Assembly (NCBI GenBank): GCA_017464085.1
Contig: JAFUEE010000179.1
Coordinates: 1 to 42,336, forward strand
Source: Pseudomonadota bacterium
GTDB lineage: Bacteria; Myxococcota_A; Bradymonadia; UBA4248
Reading direction: 5' to 3'
Length of the DNA: 42,336 nt
Of the stretch, positions 26,163 to 35,773 are shown one piece after another. Under the pieces are notes generated by a model. The model searched no databases, was not told where the DNA came from, and worked only from the letters and a program-made list of their open reading frames with translations. How positions within the stretch are numbered: position 1 is the first letter of the stretch; each line of letters opens with the position of its first letter. The translations under genes and the position numbers were made by a program.

Positions 26163-27770
26163 CTAACCAACTTTACGGCCGGGTTGGACGGCGGCGATGA
26201 ACTCGATATTTTTATCTTTATAATCATCGATGATGCGGCGCATCATCCATTCGCTTGTGAACAGAACGATAAGCCTGTCTTCGATATCGCGCAAGCAGAG
26301 CGTGCCGCTTCTGCGAGCCATTTCCTTGACATCGAGGTCGCCTTCGATCCAACGGGCATGCTGATAGGGCAGTCCGTCAAAGGTGACATTGACGTTGTAC
26401 TCGTTGAGGAGTCGGTTTTGTACGACATCGAACTGGAGCTTGCCGACGGCGCCGAGGATGGGATCGCGTTCCATGCGCTCGAGGTCGTAGAAGACCTGGA
26501 CTGCGCCTTCTTCGGAGAGTTCGTCGAGGCCTTTTTTGAGCTGTTTGCGCTTGAGCGGATCGCGGAGGACGACGCGGACGAAATTTTCGGGGCTGAATCT
26601 GGGGATTCCTTCGTATCTGACGGGCTTGCCAGTATAGAGTGTGTCTCCGATGTGGAGCTGTCCGGAGTCCCAGAGGCCGACGATATCGCCGGCATAAGCT
26701 TCATCGACGTTGCAGCGTTCCTGTGCCATGAAAGTGAGTGATTTCGCGAGCGTGAGCTTTGCGCCGGTGCGCTGGAGCGTGGCCTGCATGCCGCGTTCAA
26801 ATTTGCCAGAGCAGAGCCTGAAGAATGCGATGCGGTCGCGATGGCGCGGATCCATGTTTGCCTGGATTTTGAAGACGAAGCCAGAGAATGCGTCGACATC
26901 TGGTGCGATGATATCGCCGTCAGCAGTCATGCGTTCGCGTGGAGCGGGCGCGAGGTCGATGAATGCATCGAGGAACGGTTCGACACCGAAGTTTGTGAGC
27001 GCGCTTCCGAAGAAGACGGGGCTGAGTTTTCCGGCGAGGAAAGCGTCGCGGTCGAAGCTGTCGCCTGCGCCGTCGAGAAGCTCAAGGCCGTCGCGAAGAT
27101 CGTTATACATGCGGTCGCCGAGTTCGTTGCGCAGCGTGGGGTCATCGAGGGATGCCTCAATGACGGGGACGCGGTTCGAGCCGCCTTCAGCGCGCTCAAA
27201 GCGCAGGAGCTTCTGGTGCCAGCGGTCATAGACGCCGAGGAAGGCTTTGCCCTGTCCGACTGGCCAGGTGGCCGGCGAAGTCGGGATACCGAGCACTTCT
27301 TCGATTTCCGAGAGGAGTTCGAGCGGATCGCGGCCCTCGCGGTCCATTTTATTGATGAATGTGACGATAGGAATACCGCGCATGCGGCAGACCTGGAAGA
27401 GCTTGATTGTCTGGGGCTCGACGCCTTTGACTGCGTCGATGAGCATGATTGCGGAGTCGGCAGCCGCGAGCGTGCGGTACGTGTCTTCGCTGAAGTCGTT
27501 ATGTCCCGGCGTGTCGAGCAAGTTCATCTCGCATCCGGCCCATTCGAAGCGCATGACGGATGTGGAGATCGAGATGCCGCGTTCCTGCTCCATGGCCATC
27601 CAGTCACTGGTGGCATGTCGGTCGCTTTTCCTGGCTTTGACCGAACCGGCGGTATGCACGGCCCCTCCGTAAAGGAGGAGCTTTTCGGTCAGCGTTGTCT
27701 TGCCGGCATCGGGGTGAGAGATGATGGCGAATGTGCGCCTTTTCTGGATTTCCTCTGTATATGATGACAT
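26163..27770 (-). CDS. prfC: Peptide chain release factor 3 (translational GTPase)
   Basis: The N-terminus 'RTFAIISHPDAGKTTLTEKLL' with G-motifs and the overall length (535 aa) fit RF3. Confidence 0.95.
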   Translation of the reverse strand: MSSYTEEIQKRRTFAIISHPDAGKTTLTEKLLLYGGAVHTAGSVKARKSDRHATSDWMAMEQERGISISTSVMRFEWAGCEMNLLDTPGHNDFSEDTYRTLAAADSAIMLIDAVKGVEPQTIKLFQVCRMRGIPIVTFINKMDREGRDPLELLSEIEEVLGIPTSPATWPVGQGKAFLGVYDRWHQKLLRFERAEGGSNRVPVIEASLDDPTLRNELGDRMYNDLRDGLELLDGAGDSFDRDAFLAGKLSPVFFGSALTNFGVEPFLDAFIDLAPAPRERMTADGDIIAPDVDAFSGFVFKIQANMDPRHRDRIAFFRLCSGKFERGMQATLQRTGAKLTLAKSLTFMAQERCNVDEAYAGDIVGLWDSGQLHIGDTLYTGKPVRYEGIPRFSPENFVRVVLRDPLKRKQLKKGLDELSEEGAVQVFYDLERMERDPILGAVGKLQFDVVQNRLLNEYNVNVTFDGLPYQHARWIEGDLDVKEMARRSGTLCLRDIEDRLIVLFTSEWMMRRIIDDYKDKNIEFIAAVQPGRKVG

Positions 27771-27851
27771 GTGGGATAATAAAGCAAAGGCCGCATGTTG
27801 CGGCTTGTGGTCTGGGTGCCGGAAGCGTTTGTATGCTTCCGGCGCGATGGA

Positions 27852-30476
27852 TTATTCGACGATTTTGTAGATATTTTCGATGGCTTCGTCGAGCTTGGAG
27901 ACATCGGTGCCGCCTGCCTGAGCGGAGTTCGGCTTTCCGCCGCCTTTGCCGCCGAGGATGGCGGCGCATGCGCCGACGAGCTTGCCTGCATGGATGCCGG
28001 CTTTGACAGCTTCGGGGCCAGCGACGCATGAAAGCGCGGGCTTGCCATCGATGACTGCGCCGAGAAGCGCGACACCGTTCGTCATGCGGTCGCGTACGAG
28101 GTCGCCGTAAGTGAGCATGTCTTTGCGGTCGGTGACATTGAGGCGCGATGCGAACACGGCGATGCCCTTTGCGCTGTCTTTGCGCGTCGCCATGATGGAG
28201 ACGACTTCGGCCTGCGCGATGCGCAGCTTGAGCTGTTCGATCTGTTTTTCGAGCGCTGTCTTCGTCTCATTGAGCTTGTCGATGCGGCTGACGATTTCGT
28301 CCGCATTGCAGTGCAGTGCGCGGCAAGCGCCAGAAACGGCAGCGCGTTCCTGGGCATACAGCGCCATCGCGCTCTTGCGCGTCACGCATTCGATGCGGCG
28401 GATGCCGGCGGAGCAGGCGGATTCGGAGACGACGCGGAACGTCTGGATATCGCGCGTGTTGTCGACATGGATGCCGCCGCAGAATTCGACGCTGACATTG
28501 GGCACCTCGATGACGCGGACCTTGTCGCCATATTTTTCGCCAAAGATTGCCATCGCGCCCATGGTACGTGCTTCCTCGATGGGCACGTCTGCGTGCTTGA
28601 CGACCGGGTGCGCCTCTGCGATGACCTGGTTGACGCGTTTTTCAACTGCGGCGATCTCTTCGTGCGTGAGCGCGCGGTTGAACGTGAAGTCAAAACGGAA
28701 GCGGTCCTGGCCGACGAACGAGCCGGCCTGATGGATGTCCATGCTGATGAGGTTGCGCAGCGCGGCCTGCAGCAGGTGCGTGCAGGTATGGTTGCACGAA
28801 ACCGCAAGGCGGAACTCCGGATCGACAGCTGCTGTAAACTGGCCTTTCATCACTTCCGGCGTCACGAAGCCTTCGCGGATCTCACAGATATGGACAATGC
28901 CGCCTTCGCCGCGCATCGTGTCGATGACATCGAACACAAGGTCTGCTTCTTTCGAGGAAATTGTGCCGTGATCGCCGACTTCGCCGCCGCCTTCGGCATA
29001 GAATGGCGTGTTGCGCAGAATGATCTCGCAGATGTCGCCGCTGTGTCGGTAGCGCAGGATATCGCTTTCGAGCGTATCTGCCGTATAGCCGCAGAACGTG
29101 CAGGTCTGTCCTTCCTGCAGGATTGTCCATGGCGTCTTGTCGGCGACATAGAATTTGGCTTTTTCGCTTGAACGCTGTCGCTGTTCTTCGAGCGCGGCAT
29201 TGAAGCCTTCGCAATCGACAGTCATCTTGCGCTCTTCGGCCATGATCTGCGTGAGGTCGAGCGGGAAGCCGTAGGTATCGTACAGCACGAACGCATCGCG
29301 TCCGTCGATCGTGTTGTTCTTTGCCTTGGCGGCGACTTCTTCAAAGCGCGCGATACCGCGGTCGATTGTCGCGAAGAACCGCTCCTCTTCGATGCGGATG
29401 ACGTCCTGCGTCTGCTTGGCGACGAGCGCGATTTCCGGATAAGCCTTGGAGAACGAGTCGACAACAGCCTGCGAGACTTTGCACAAAAACGGCTCATGGA
29501 AACCGAGCATGCGGCCGAAGCGGACAGCTCTTCTCAATATTCTGCGCAGCACATAGCCACGGCCGTCGTTCGAGAACGGCTGTCCTTCGCTGACCGCGAA
29601 TGTCAGCGTGCGGATGTGGTCGGCAATCACGCGGTATGCCGTGCAGTCGGCAGATGCGAGAATTTCAGCCTGCGACATAGGTTTGCCGAGCAGTGATGCG
29701 ATCGATTCGAGAATGTGCTTGAACAGGTCTGTTTCATAGACCGAGTCCACATGCTGCAATACCGCCAGGATGCGCTCCATGCCCATGCCGGTGTCGACGC
29801 TGCACATCGGGAGGCGCGTCAGCTTGCCATCTTCCGAGCGCTCGAACTGCATGAACACCACATTCCACAGCTCCAGATATCTGTTGTCGGGGAAGCCGTC
29901 CCCCCAGAGCATCTCCCCGGACGGATCCAGGTCGATGTAGATCTCCGTGCAGGGGCCGCACGCGCCTACGGGACCCATGCTCCAGAAATTCTCTTCATCG
30001 TCTTTTTCGATGTCGCCAAAGCGCGCGATGCGGAAATCTTCCAGCCCGACCTTGTTGTGCCAGATGTCGTATGCCTCATCGTCGTCTTTGTAGATGCTCA
30101 CATACAGGTGTTTCGGGTCCAGGCCGAGGTGTTTCGTCATGAATGTCCACGCCCACTGGATGGCATCTTCCTTAAAATAGTCGCCGAATGACCAGTTTCC
30201 GAGCATCTCGAAAAATGTCAGGTGACGGCCGTCTTTTCCGACTTCGTCGAGGTCGTTGTGCTTGCCGCCTGCGCGGATGCATTTCTGGACGCTCGTCGCG
30301 CGCTTGTAACTGCGCACTTCGTTGCCCAGGAAGACTTCCTTGAATTGGTTCATGCCGGCGTTTGCGAACAGCAATGTCGGGTCATTTCGGGGGATGACAG
30401 GGGAGCTCGAAACGACTTCATGGTTGAGGCCTGCGAAATAGGCCAAAAATTTTTCTCTTAATTCGTCAGCTTTCAC
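27852..30476 (-). CDS. alaS: Alanine--tRNA ligase
   Basis: The 874-aa product starts 'MKADELREKFLAYFAGLNHEVVSSSPVIPRNDPTLLFANAGMNQFK', the canonical AlaRS N-terminus, and has a C-terminal editing/C-Ala region. Confidence 0.95.
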   Translation of the reverse strand: MKADELREKFLAYFAGLNHEVVSSSPVIPRNDPTLLFANAGMNQFKEVFLGNEVRSYKRATSVQKCIRAGGKHNDLDEVGKDGRHLTFFEMLGNWSFGDYFKEDAIQWAWTFMTKHLGLDPKHLYVSIYKDDDEAYDIWHNKVGLEDFRIARFGDIEKDDEENFWSMGPVGACGPCTEIYIDLDPSGEMLWGDGFPDNRYLELWNVVFMQFERSEDGKLTRLPMCSVDTGMGMERILAVLQHVDSVYETDLFKHILESIASLLGKPMSQAEILASADCTAYRVIADHIRTLTFAVSEGQPFSNDGRGYVLRRILRRAVRFGRMLGFHEPFLCKVSQAVVDSFSKAYPEIALVAKQTQDVIRIEEERFFATIDRGIARFEEVAAKAKNNTIDGRDAFVLYDTYGFPLDLTQIMAEERKMTVDCEGFNAALEEQRQRSSEKAKFYVADKTPWTILQEGQTCTFCGYTADTLESDILRYRHSGDICEIILRNTPFYAEGGGEVGDHGTISSKEADLVFDVIDTMRGEGGIVHICEIREGFVTPEVMKGQFTAAVDPEFRLAVSCNHTCTHLLQAALRNLISMDIHQAGSFVGQDRFRFDFTFNRALTHEEIAAVEKRVNQVIAEAHPVVKHADVPIEEARTMGAMAIFGEKYGDKVRVIEVPNVSVEFCGGIHVDNTRDIQTFRVVSESACSAGIRRIECVTRKSAMALYAQERAAVSGACRALHCNADEIVSRIDKLNETKTALEKQIEQLKLRIAQAEVVSIMATRKDSAKGIAVFASRLNVTDRKDMLTYGDLVRDRMTNGVALLGAVIDGKPALSCVAGPEAVKAGIHAGKLVGACAAILGGKGGGKPNSAQAGGTDVSKLDEAIENIYKIVE

Positions 30477-30570
30477 TTAAAATTCTCCAGAATCTGGCGA
30501 GGGAAAATTCCTCGCAAAATAGCGGCGCGCTTTTATCACAAAGTGCGGGGTTTTATGAGTATTTTTTTAG

Positions 30571-30627
30571 CGTTCCGAGGAACGCCTTTACATCTGGCGC
30601 GCCTATGCCTGACGGCATACGGCACGC
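30571..30627. repeat. REP-like family D dispersed copy, at the start of a 570-bp repeat- and palindrome-dense intergenic region (30477..31049) that also holds two 34-bp direct repeats (CCCTTGCCCCAATACGCC(T/A)GGCGCCATTGT), two GGGCACGGCATGCCCGTCG palindromes and GCGCGGCGTAT...GCGC repeats
   Basis: Seen directly in the sequence. Confidence 0.6.
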
Positions 30628-30991
30628 ATCTGTATGGGCGCGTCTATCGGCTTTGCCGATATGCCGCGCATGCGCCTGGCTATTGGTGGCAAGCGGGCAT
30701 GCCCCCTTGCCCCAATACGCCTGGCGCCATTGTTCGACACACTTTCAGCACTGAAAACGCTTGACCCTTGCCCCAATACGCCAGGCGCCATTGTCGCGAT
30801 ATCACGGGCACGGCATGCCCGTCGCATCCAATCAGCGTAGATGGTTCGGGCACGGCATGCCCGTCGGATTGTCATATGCGCAAAGGCGCAGGATGTCTGC
30901 GGCGCGGCGTATGCGCAGCATAGTCGCGCCTTAAGCGCGGCGTATCGCAGATAGCCGCGCAAAAATTTTGGAACGTGTCGGGAAAAAATCA

Positions 30992-31020
30992 TTGAATGCA
31001 GTGATTTGCAAGGTTAGACT
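30992..31020 (+). promoter_or_regulatory. Candidate sigma-70 promoter TTGAAT-N17-TAGACT for the 31050 gene
   Basis: The spacing is consensus-like and the -10 hexamer lies about 30 nt upstream of AGGAGGG-N4-ATG. Confidence 0.35.
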
Positions 31021-31049
31021 GCGCGCAGGTTTTTCTATAGGAGGGTGAT

Positions 31050-32435
31050 ATGAGTATTTTTGACAAGCAGAATCAAAGGGAAAAAACGAGTGCCGCACCT
31101 GAGAAACAGGCAGCGGAGCGTGTCGCTGGCGCGGTGGCTGCGCCCAAGACGGCTGAGATGGAATTTTCGGAAGCGTTGATCTCGAAGTCGGGCAGTGCGG
31201 CTGTCGCGGCGCTTGAAAAAGCGCAGCCGGAAGAGCGGAGGAGCATTGCTGCCAACAGCGCGCTGATGTCGACGATGAAGCAGTCGCTCGACAAGAAAAG
31301 CCGCAAGGCATGCGAGAAATTTTTGCCGGTCAAACCGTCGCGGAATCCGCTTGCGAGCCTGTGGGGCGGTCTCAAAGACAAGGCTTCGAATGTGCTTTCG
31401 GATGCATCCGACTGGCTGGATGGCGCGAAAGATTCTGCATCCGATCTGATTTCGGGTGCGAAAGACTCTGCGGCCGATCTGCTTTCGGGTGCGCAAGGGG
31501 CTGTTTCGGGGCTGCTGACAGATCCGAAAGGCACTGTCTCTGATTTTTTGAACGGCGCGAAAGATACAGCCACAGACCTTTGGAATGGCGCAAAAGAAAC
31601 CGCGACAGGGCTCTATAACGATGCCAAAGAAAACGTGATCGATCCCGCTGTGGATTCAGCCAAGGCGTTCATTCCTCAGAACGTTTCCAATGAGGTCGTC
31701 GTCGGCGCGTATGACCTGATGAGCCGTTTCACAAATACGATGTCTGATAAGGATATTGAGCAGCACCGTTCGGACAATGCGAAGACGATCGGCATGGATG
31801 ACGCGGGCAATTCTGCGATTTTGAATCTCGACAAGGATCATCAGTTTATTGAAAATCAGAATGATCTTGAGGATATCGCGTATGGCAAGGGGCTGAGCAA
31901 CATGTCGTATTCCGGTTGCGAGATTATTGCGACGTTCAATGCGCTGCGCGCGGTCGGTGAAAATCCGAAACTTGAAGATCTGATTGCCGATTATGAAAAG
32001 AATGGCATGGCGCTGAACGGCCAGTTTGGCACGGCGCCTGGCGCGATACTCAGATTTTTCCAGAAAGAGGGCTTTGCCTGTGAGATGCTGACGGAATTTT
32101 CACCGGAATCACTGGTGGAGTTCAGCAGGAAATATCAGACGTTCATCGCCACGGTGTATAATGACGAAAATGATATCACAAATATGATTCATACCGTCAG
32201 CATTACGAAAGATAATGCATCCGGCAGCGATCAGTTTGCGGTGCATAATGCGTATGCATACAGCAATAATGCCAGCGATCCTCGCAGGGCGCACATGAAA
32301 GTGACATCTGGGAAGCAGTGGGTTGCGCTTGAGGGGTATGCATCCATCGAGGATGCGATTGCCGATATATCCAAATCGAGCGTCAAGCCGATTACGCTGA
32401 TCGGCATCAACGGCAAACAGCTCTCTGATAAATAA
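31050..32435 (+). CDS. Non-secreted repeat protein: N-terminal approximately 11-residue 'GAKD-x-A-x-DL' amphipathic repeats (about 8 copies) plus a C-terminal putative papain-like Cys/His domain ('SYSGCEIIATFNAL' ... 'IHTVSI' ... 'HNAYAY')
   Basis: The start is ATG 31050 after AGGAGGG. No signal peptide is present. The order and spacing of Cys, His and a downstream polar residue fit a papain-like (C39/BtrH-like) fold. The family is not identified. Confidence 0.7.
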   Translation: MSIFDKQNQREKTSAAPEKQAAERVAGAVAAPKTAEMEFSEALISKSGSAAVAALEKAQPEERRSIAANSALMSTMKQSLDKKSRKACEKFLPVKPSRNPLASLWGGLKDKASNVLSDASDWLDGAKDSASDLISGAKDSAADLLSGAQGAVSGLLTDPKGTVSDFLNGAKDTATDLWNGAKETATGLYNDAKENVIDPAVDSAKAFIPQNVSNEVVVGAYDLMSRFTNTMSDKDIEQHRSDNAKTIGMDDAGNSAILNLDKDHQFIENQNDLEDIAYGKGLSNMSYSGCEIIATFNALRAVGENPKLEDLIADYEKNGMALNGQFGTAPGAILRFFQKEGFACEMLTEFSPESLVEFSRKYQTFIATVYNDENDITNMIHTVSITKDNASGSDQFAVHNAYAYSNNASDPRRAHMKVTSGKQWVALEGYASIEDAIADISKSSVKPITLIGINGKQLSDK

Positions 32436-32478
32436 TAATATATTGAAAAGAGTTTGAAGCGTTATCAATATATTAATT

Positions 32479-32513
32479 CAGGCTGATGGGTGTTGTTCAT
32501 CAGCCTTTTTTAT
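32479..32513 (+). terminator. Rho-independent terminator (AGGCTGATG-ggtgttgtt-CATCAGCCT + T6) only about 15 bp upstream of the next start codon
   Basis: Seen directly in the sequence. The implication is partial read-through into the AAA gene or an independent downstream promoter. Confidence 0.75.
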
Positions 32514-32527
32514 ATATAGGAACAGGG

Positions 32528-34792
32528 ATGGAAAACAAGGATACGCGGACAGATTATGAGCTTCCAGGCGCTGTGTCGCCGTTTGAATCGCATGTGTCGA
32601 TGATGCATGCCTACGGGGAGGTGTTTGTCATTCTGTGCCTGAGATATATGGGTCTGCATGGGGAGCGGATTGTGAACGATGCGGGCGGTTATGGGCCGCA
32701 GTCTGTCGCGCTTGCGGAGCTGTTCGAGGCCGTGACAGGGCAGCGTTCGCAGCAGAGCCTTGAATGGATGCAGGGACACAGGGTGCCGCCGCCGGAAGCA
32801 TGCCGACTCGCCGCCCAGGCGCGTCTGGAACACATACGGCATTGCTGCGAGCGGACATTTGAAGCGCATGAAGCTGGGAAGCTTGAGAATTTCCCGAAAG
32901 ATGCGGATCCGGTGCCTGTCGAGACGCTTCAGAACAATTTTGGACTGACGACGCTTGAAGTGTTTGTCATCCTGTCATGCGCGCTGATTCAGTTTGACGA
33001 GCGATATGCACGCGCGTGGCATTATGTGACGGGGGCGAATGCGGACGCACATCCGACCGCTGGATTTCTGACCGAGCTTTTGCGCGATTTTGCGCGCGAT
33101 GACCGCGAGCTTGTGTCTTGTTTTATGCAGACATCCGCGTTGCGCCGGTATGCGCTTGTGGAGATTGCAAGCGCGCCTGGGCGCAACGACAGCGAGCCTC
33201 CAGTGAGCAGTGCGCAGGTCTCGGTGCCCAACCGGATTGTCTCTCTTCTGATCGGGAATCAGGCGGTGTGTGTGCCTGAGTCATGCCGCATGCTGGAACG
33301 CTCATCTGCCGAGGCGCTTGCGTCTGCCAAGACAGCGGAGAACGCGATATTTCGCCAGATGCAGAAAAAGAGCATGCGCCTGGCCGTGCTCGGGTATCGC
33401 GGCATTGGGCGGAGAGATGCTGTCTGTCAGGCTGCGGGGCGGCTGGGCGTTCCCGTGATGCTTCTTTCGCTTGACGAGCTGTGCGACCGCCTGATGCAGG
33501 ATCGTCAGACAGAGCGGTATTTTGCATCTATTTTGCGCGAGATACGTATCAGTCATGCGGTGTTGCTCGTCGATGCGGAAGCGCTTCAGTCTGAACATGA
33601 GACCTGGCTGCTCAGGCATGCGCACAAGATCAGGATGGTCTTTGAAAAAGAGGCGCATCTTTCGCTGGCAGTGCTGCTCGAACGCCAGAATTCGCTGTCT
33701 CGGGAAGTCTTTGGGGAGCTTTCGGAAATCGCGATTCCCGCGCCGAGCAGGGCGGAACAGCCAAAACTCTGGCGCGCTGCGCTTTCGCGTCTGCTCGACG
33801 GAGAGACGGCTCAGAGCGTTTCTGAGATGATGGCTGGCGGCTATTGCCTGAGCTATGCAGAAATTATCTCGGCAATTGACCGGACGCGTGCGCGTTTTCC
33901 CTTTGATGCGCCGGCGCGCGCGCTGACCGCCGAGAACCTTTCGGATACCCTGAACAAGACGCGTGGCCAGAAACTTGAAGGTTTGGCTTCGCTTCGCAGC
34001 ACGTCTCTGTACTTGAAAGATATCGTCCTGTCTGAGGATATCCGGAAAGTGCTCAACGAGATTATCAATTATGCAAAATACAGCGAGACCGTCATGCGTG
34101 ACTGGGGCTTCGCGAAATACAATACCTCTGGGGCCGGTCTGAGCGTGCTTCTGTCGGGCGTGCCGGGCACAGGGAAGACGCTGACTGCGCTCGTGCTCGC
34201 GCATGAGCTTGGCAGGGCGCTCTATGTCGTGGATCTTTCCAGGGTTGTCGACAAATATATCGGGGAGACTGAGAAAAAACTTGCGCAGATATTCGATGAG
34301 GCGGAACGTTCTCAGGCGATGCTTCTGTTCGACGAGGCGGACTCGCTGTTTGCCAAGCGCACAGATGTGAAGAGTTCCAATGACAGGTATGCGAATCTGG
34401 AGGTCAATTACCTCTTGCAGCGTCTCGAGGCATATCGCGGCGTGTCGATATTGACGACGAATTTCGGCGGCGGCTTGGATGAAGCGCTTGCGCGAAGGAT
34501 TCAGTTCAAGATCGATTTCCCGATGCCCGATGCGGCACAGCGCACACTGCTGTGGCAAAAGCTGATACCGCCCGGTGCGCCTTGCGCGTCAGATATCGAC
34601 TTCGGTGCGATTGCGGAACACTTCGAGATGAGCGGCGGACACATCAAGAATGCCGTGTTTCGCGCCTCCATACAGGCACTGTCGGAGAACGCCGAAATCA
34701 GCCACGCGATGCTTTGGGAAGCTGCCGCGCATGAATACCGCTCGATGGGGCACATTATGCGTGATGACAGCGAGGATGAGCGCCTGGTCTAG
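32528..34792 (+). CDS. ATPase with N-terminal domain (about 230 aa), a degenerate AAA-like domain (no Walker A) and a C-terminal canonical AAA domain
   Basis: The start is ATG 32528. The canonical AAA domain has Walker A 'GVPGTGKT', 'IGETEKKL', Walker B 'LLFDEAD', second region of homology (SRH) 'TTNFGGGLDEALARR', the conserved residues of classic-clade AAA. Confidence 0.8.
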   Translation: MENKDTRTDYELPGAVSPFESHVSMMHAYGEVFVILCLRYMGLHGERIVNDAGGYGPQSVALAELFEAVTGQRSQQSLEWMQGHRVPPPEACRLAAQARLEHIRHCCERTFEAHEAGKLENFPKDADPVPVETLQNNFGLTTLEVFVILSCALIQFDERYARAWHYVTGANADAHPTAGFLTELLRDFARDDRELVSCFMQTSALRRYALVEIASAPGRNDSEPPVSSAQVSVPNRIVSLLIGNQAVCVPESCRMLERSSAEALASAKTAENAIFRQMQKKSMRLAVLGYRGIGRRDAVCQAAGRLGVPVMLLSLDELCDRLMQDRQTERYFASILREIRISHAVLLVDAEALQSEHETWLLRHAHKIRMVFEKEAHLSLAVLLERQNSLSREVFGELSEIAIPAPSRAEQPKLWRAALSRLLDGETAQSVSEMMAGGYCLSYAEIISAIDRTRARFPFDAPARALTAENLSDTLNKTRGQKLEGLASLRSTSLYLKDIVLSEDIRKVLNEIINYAKYSETVMRDWGFAKYNTSGAGLSVLLSGVPGTGKTLTALVLAHELGRALYVVDLSRVVDKYIGETEKKLAQIFDEAERSQAMLLFDEADSLFAKRTDVKSSNDRYANLEVNYLLQRLEAYRGVSILTTNFGGGLDEALARRIQFKIDFPMPDAAQRTLLWQKLIPPGAPCASDIDFGAIAEHFEMSGGHIKNAVFRASIQALSENAEISHAMLWEAAAHEYRSMGHIMRDDSEDERLV

Positions 34793-35742
34793 CGGATTCT
34801 GTCGAGTCCGAAGTTGAGGATGCTGACCGCTTTGAGCCCCATGTCAAACCAGGCCATTTGAACGTCCTCGATGCGGCTGATCGGCGTGCAAGCGATGACG
34901 AAGCCGCCGCCACCGGCGCCAGTCATGCGCGCGCCGCATGCGCCTTGGTTCAATGCCTCCTGACAGGCTGTCTGCATCGCTTTGGTGACGATGCCGCATG
35001 TTTCATAGATATCTTCCGATTCATTCATGAGCGCGCCGACCCTGAGCGTGTCGCCATGCTGGAGTGCTTCTGCCAGTTGAACGGCGTTCTCTGACATGGC
35101 TTTGTGGTGCGCGATATATTGGAGCGGCTGATCTTGCTTGAGTCCGCGCATGACCGCGTAGGGATCGATCTCAGACCTGGGACCTGTCGTGCCGACGACG
35201 AAAAACATCGGGCTCCCGAGCGGTATGAATTTCGTGGTCTTGTCGCGCTCATAGAACATGATGCGCTTGTAGGCGATGGCGGCGTTGTCGATGCCCGATA
35301 CTGTGCCATGCCATTTGTTTTCAAGCTGTGTGCTGAACCATCTGAGGTAGTTGGGATGCAGATCGTCTGCTAAAAAATGGCGCATCATGGCTTCCATGAT
35401 GGCCTGGCTCAGGGATGAGGATGAGCCTGCGCCTTGCCCGGGTGGAATCGAACTCTTGACCATGCATCGCAGGCCGATGCCGCGCAGGTCGATGCCGAGG
35501 ATCTGCGCGGATTTGATGATCAGGTCTTTGACAAGAGCCTCATGTGTGTCGCGGAGTTCATCAAGCCCTGGCTGCCCGCAGTTGAAATTGCAGATTGCGG
35601 TGATTTCCGGTGTTTCCTGGTCATAGAGGCTGACCTGCGTCGAGAAGCAGGATGCCGGGATGACCACGCTTGGCGCGCCCTCAACGACGAAATGCTCGCC
35701 AGACAATATAAATTTTGAATATGCAGTAGCTATGGTTTGCAT
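34789..35742 (-). CDS. GHMP-family kinase, mevalonate-kinase-like
   Basis: 'SKFILSGEHFVV' and the GHMP motif 'PPGQGAGSSSS' are present. ATG 35742 is preferred because the longer ORF start at 35796 would overlap the upstream terminator hairpin. The gene's 3' end overlaps the convergent AAA gene by 4 bp, sharing a CTAG palindrome for the two stop codons. Confidence 0.65.
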   Translation of the reverse strand: MQTIATAYSKFILSGEHFVVEGAPSVVIPASCFSTQVSLYDQETPEITAICNFNCGQPGLDELRDTHEALVKDLIIKSAQILGIDLRGIGLRCMVKSSIPPGQGAGSSSSLSQAIMEAMMRHFLADDLHPNYLRWFSTQLENKWHGTVSGIDNAAIAYKRIMFYERDKTTKFIPLGSPMFFVVGTTGPRSEIDPYAVMRGLKQDQPLQYIAHHKAMSENAVQLAEALQHGDTLRVGALMNESEDIYETCGIVTKAMQTACQEALNQGACGARMTGAGGGGFVIACTPISRIEDVQMAWFDMGLKAVSILNFGLDRIR

Positions 35743-35773
35743 GACAACGCTGAGGTGGAGAGGGAAGCGGGCA

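Noticed and set aside
26184-30461. Plus-strand ORFs overlapping prfC and alaS (26841..27764, 28311..29171, 29715..30191 etc.) and minus-strand ORFs antisense to flotillin (24600..25179)
   Set aside because: These are antisense to unambiguous housekeeping genes and have low-complexity translations.
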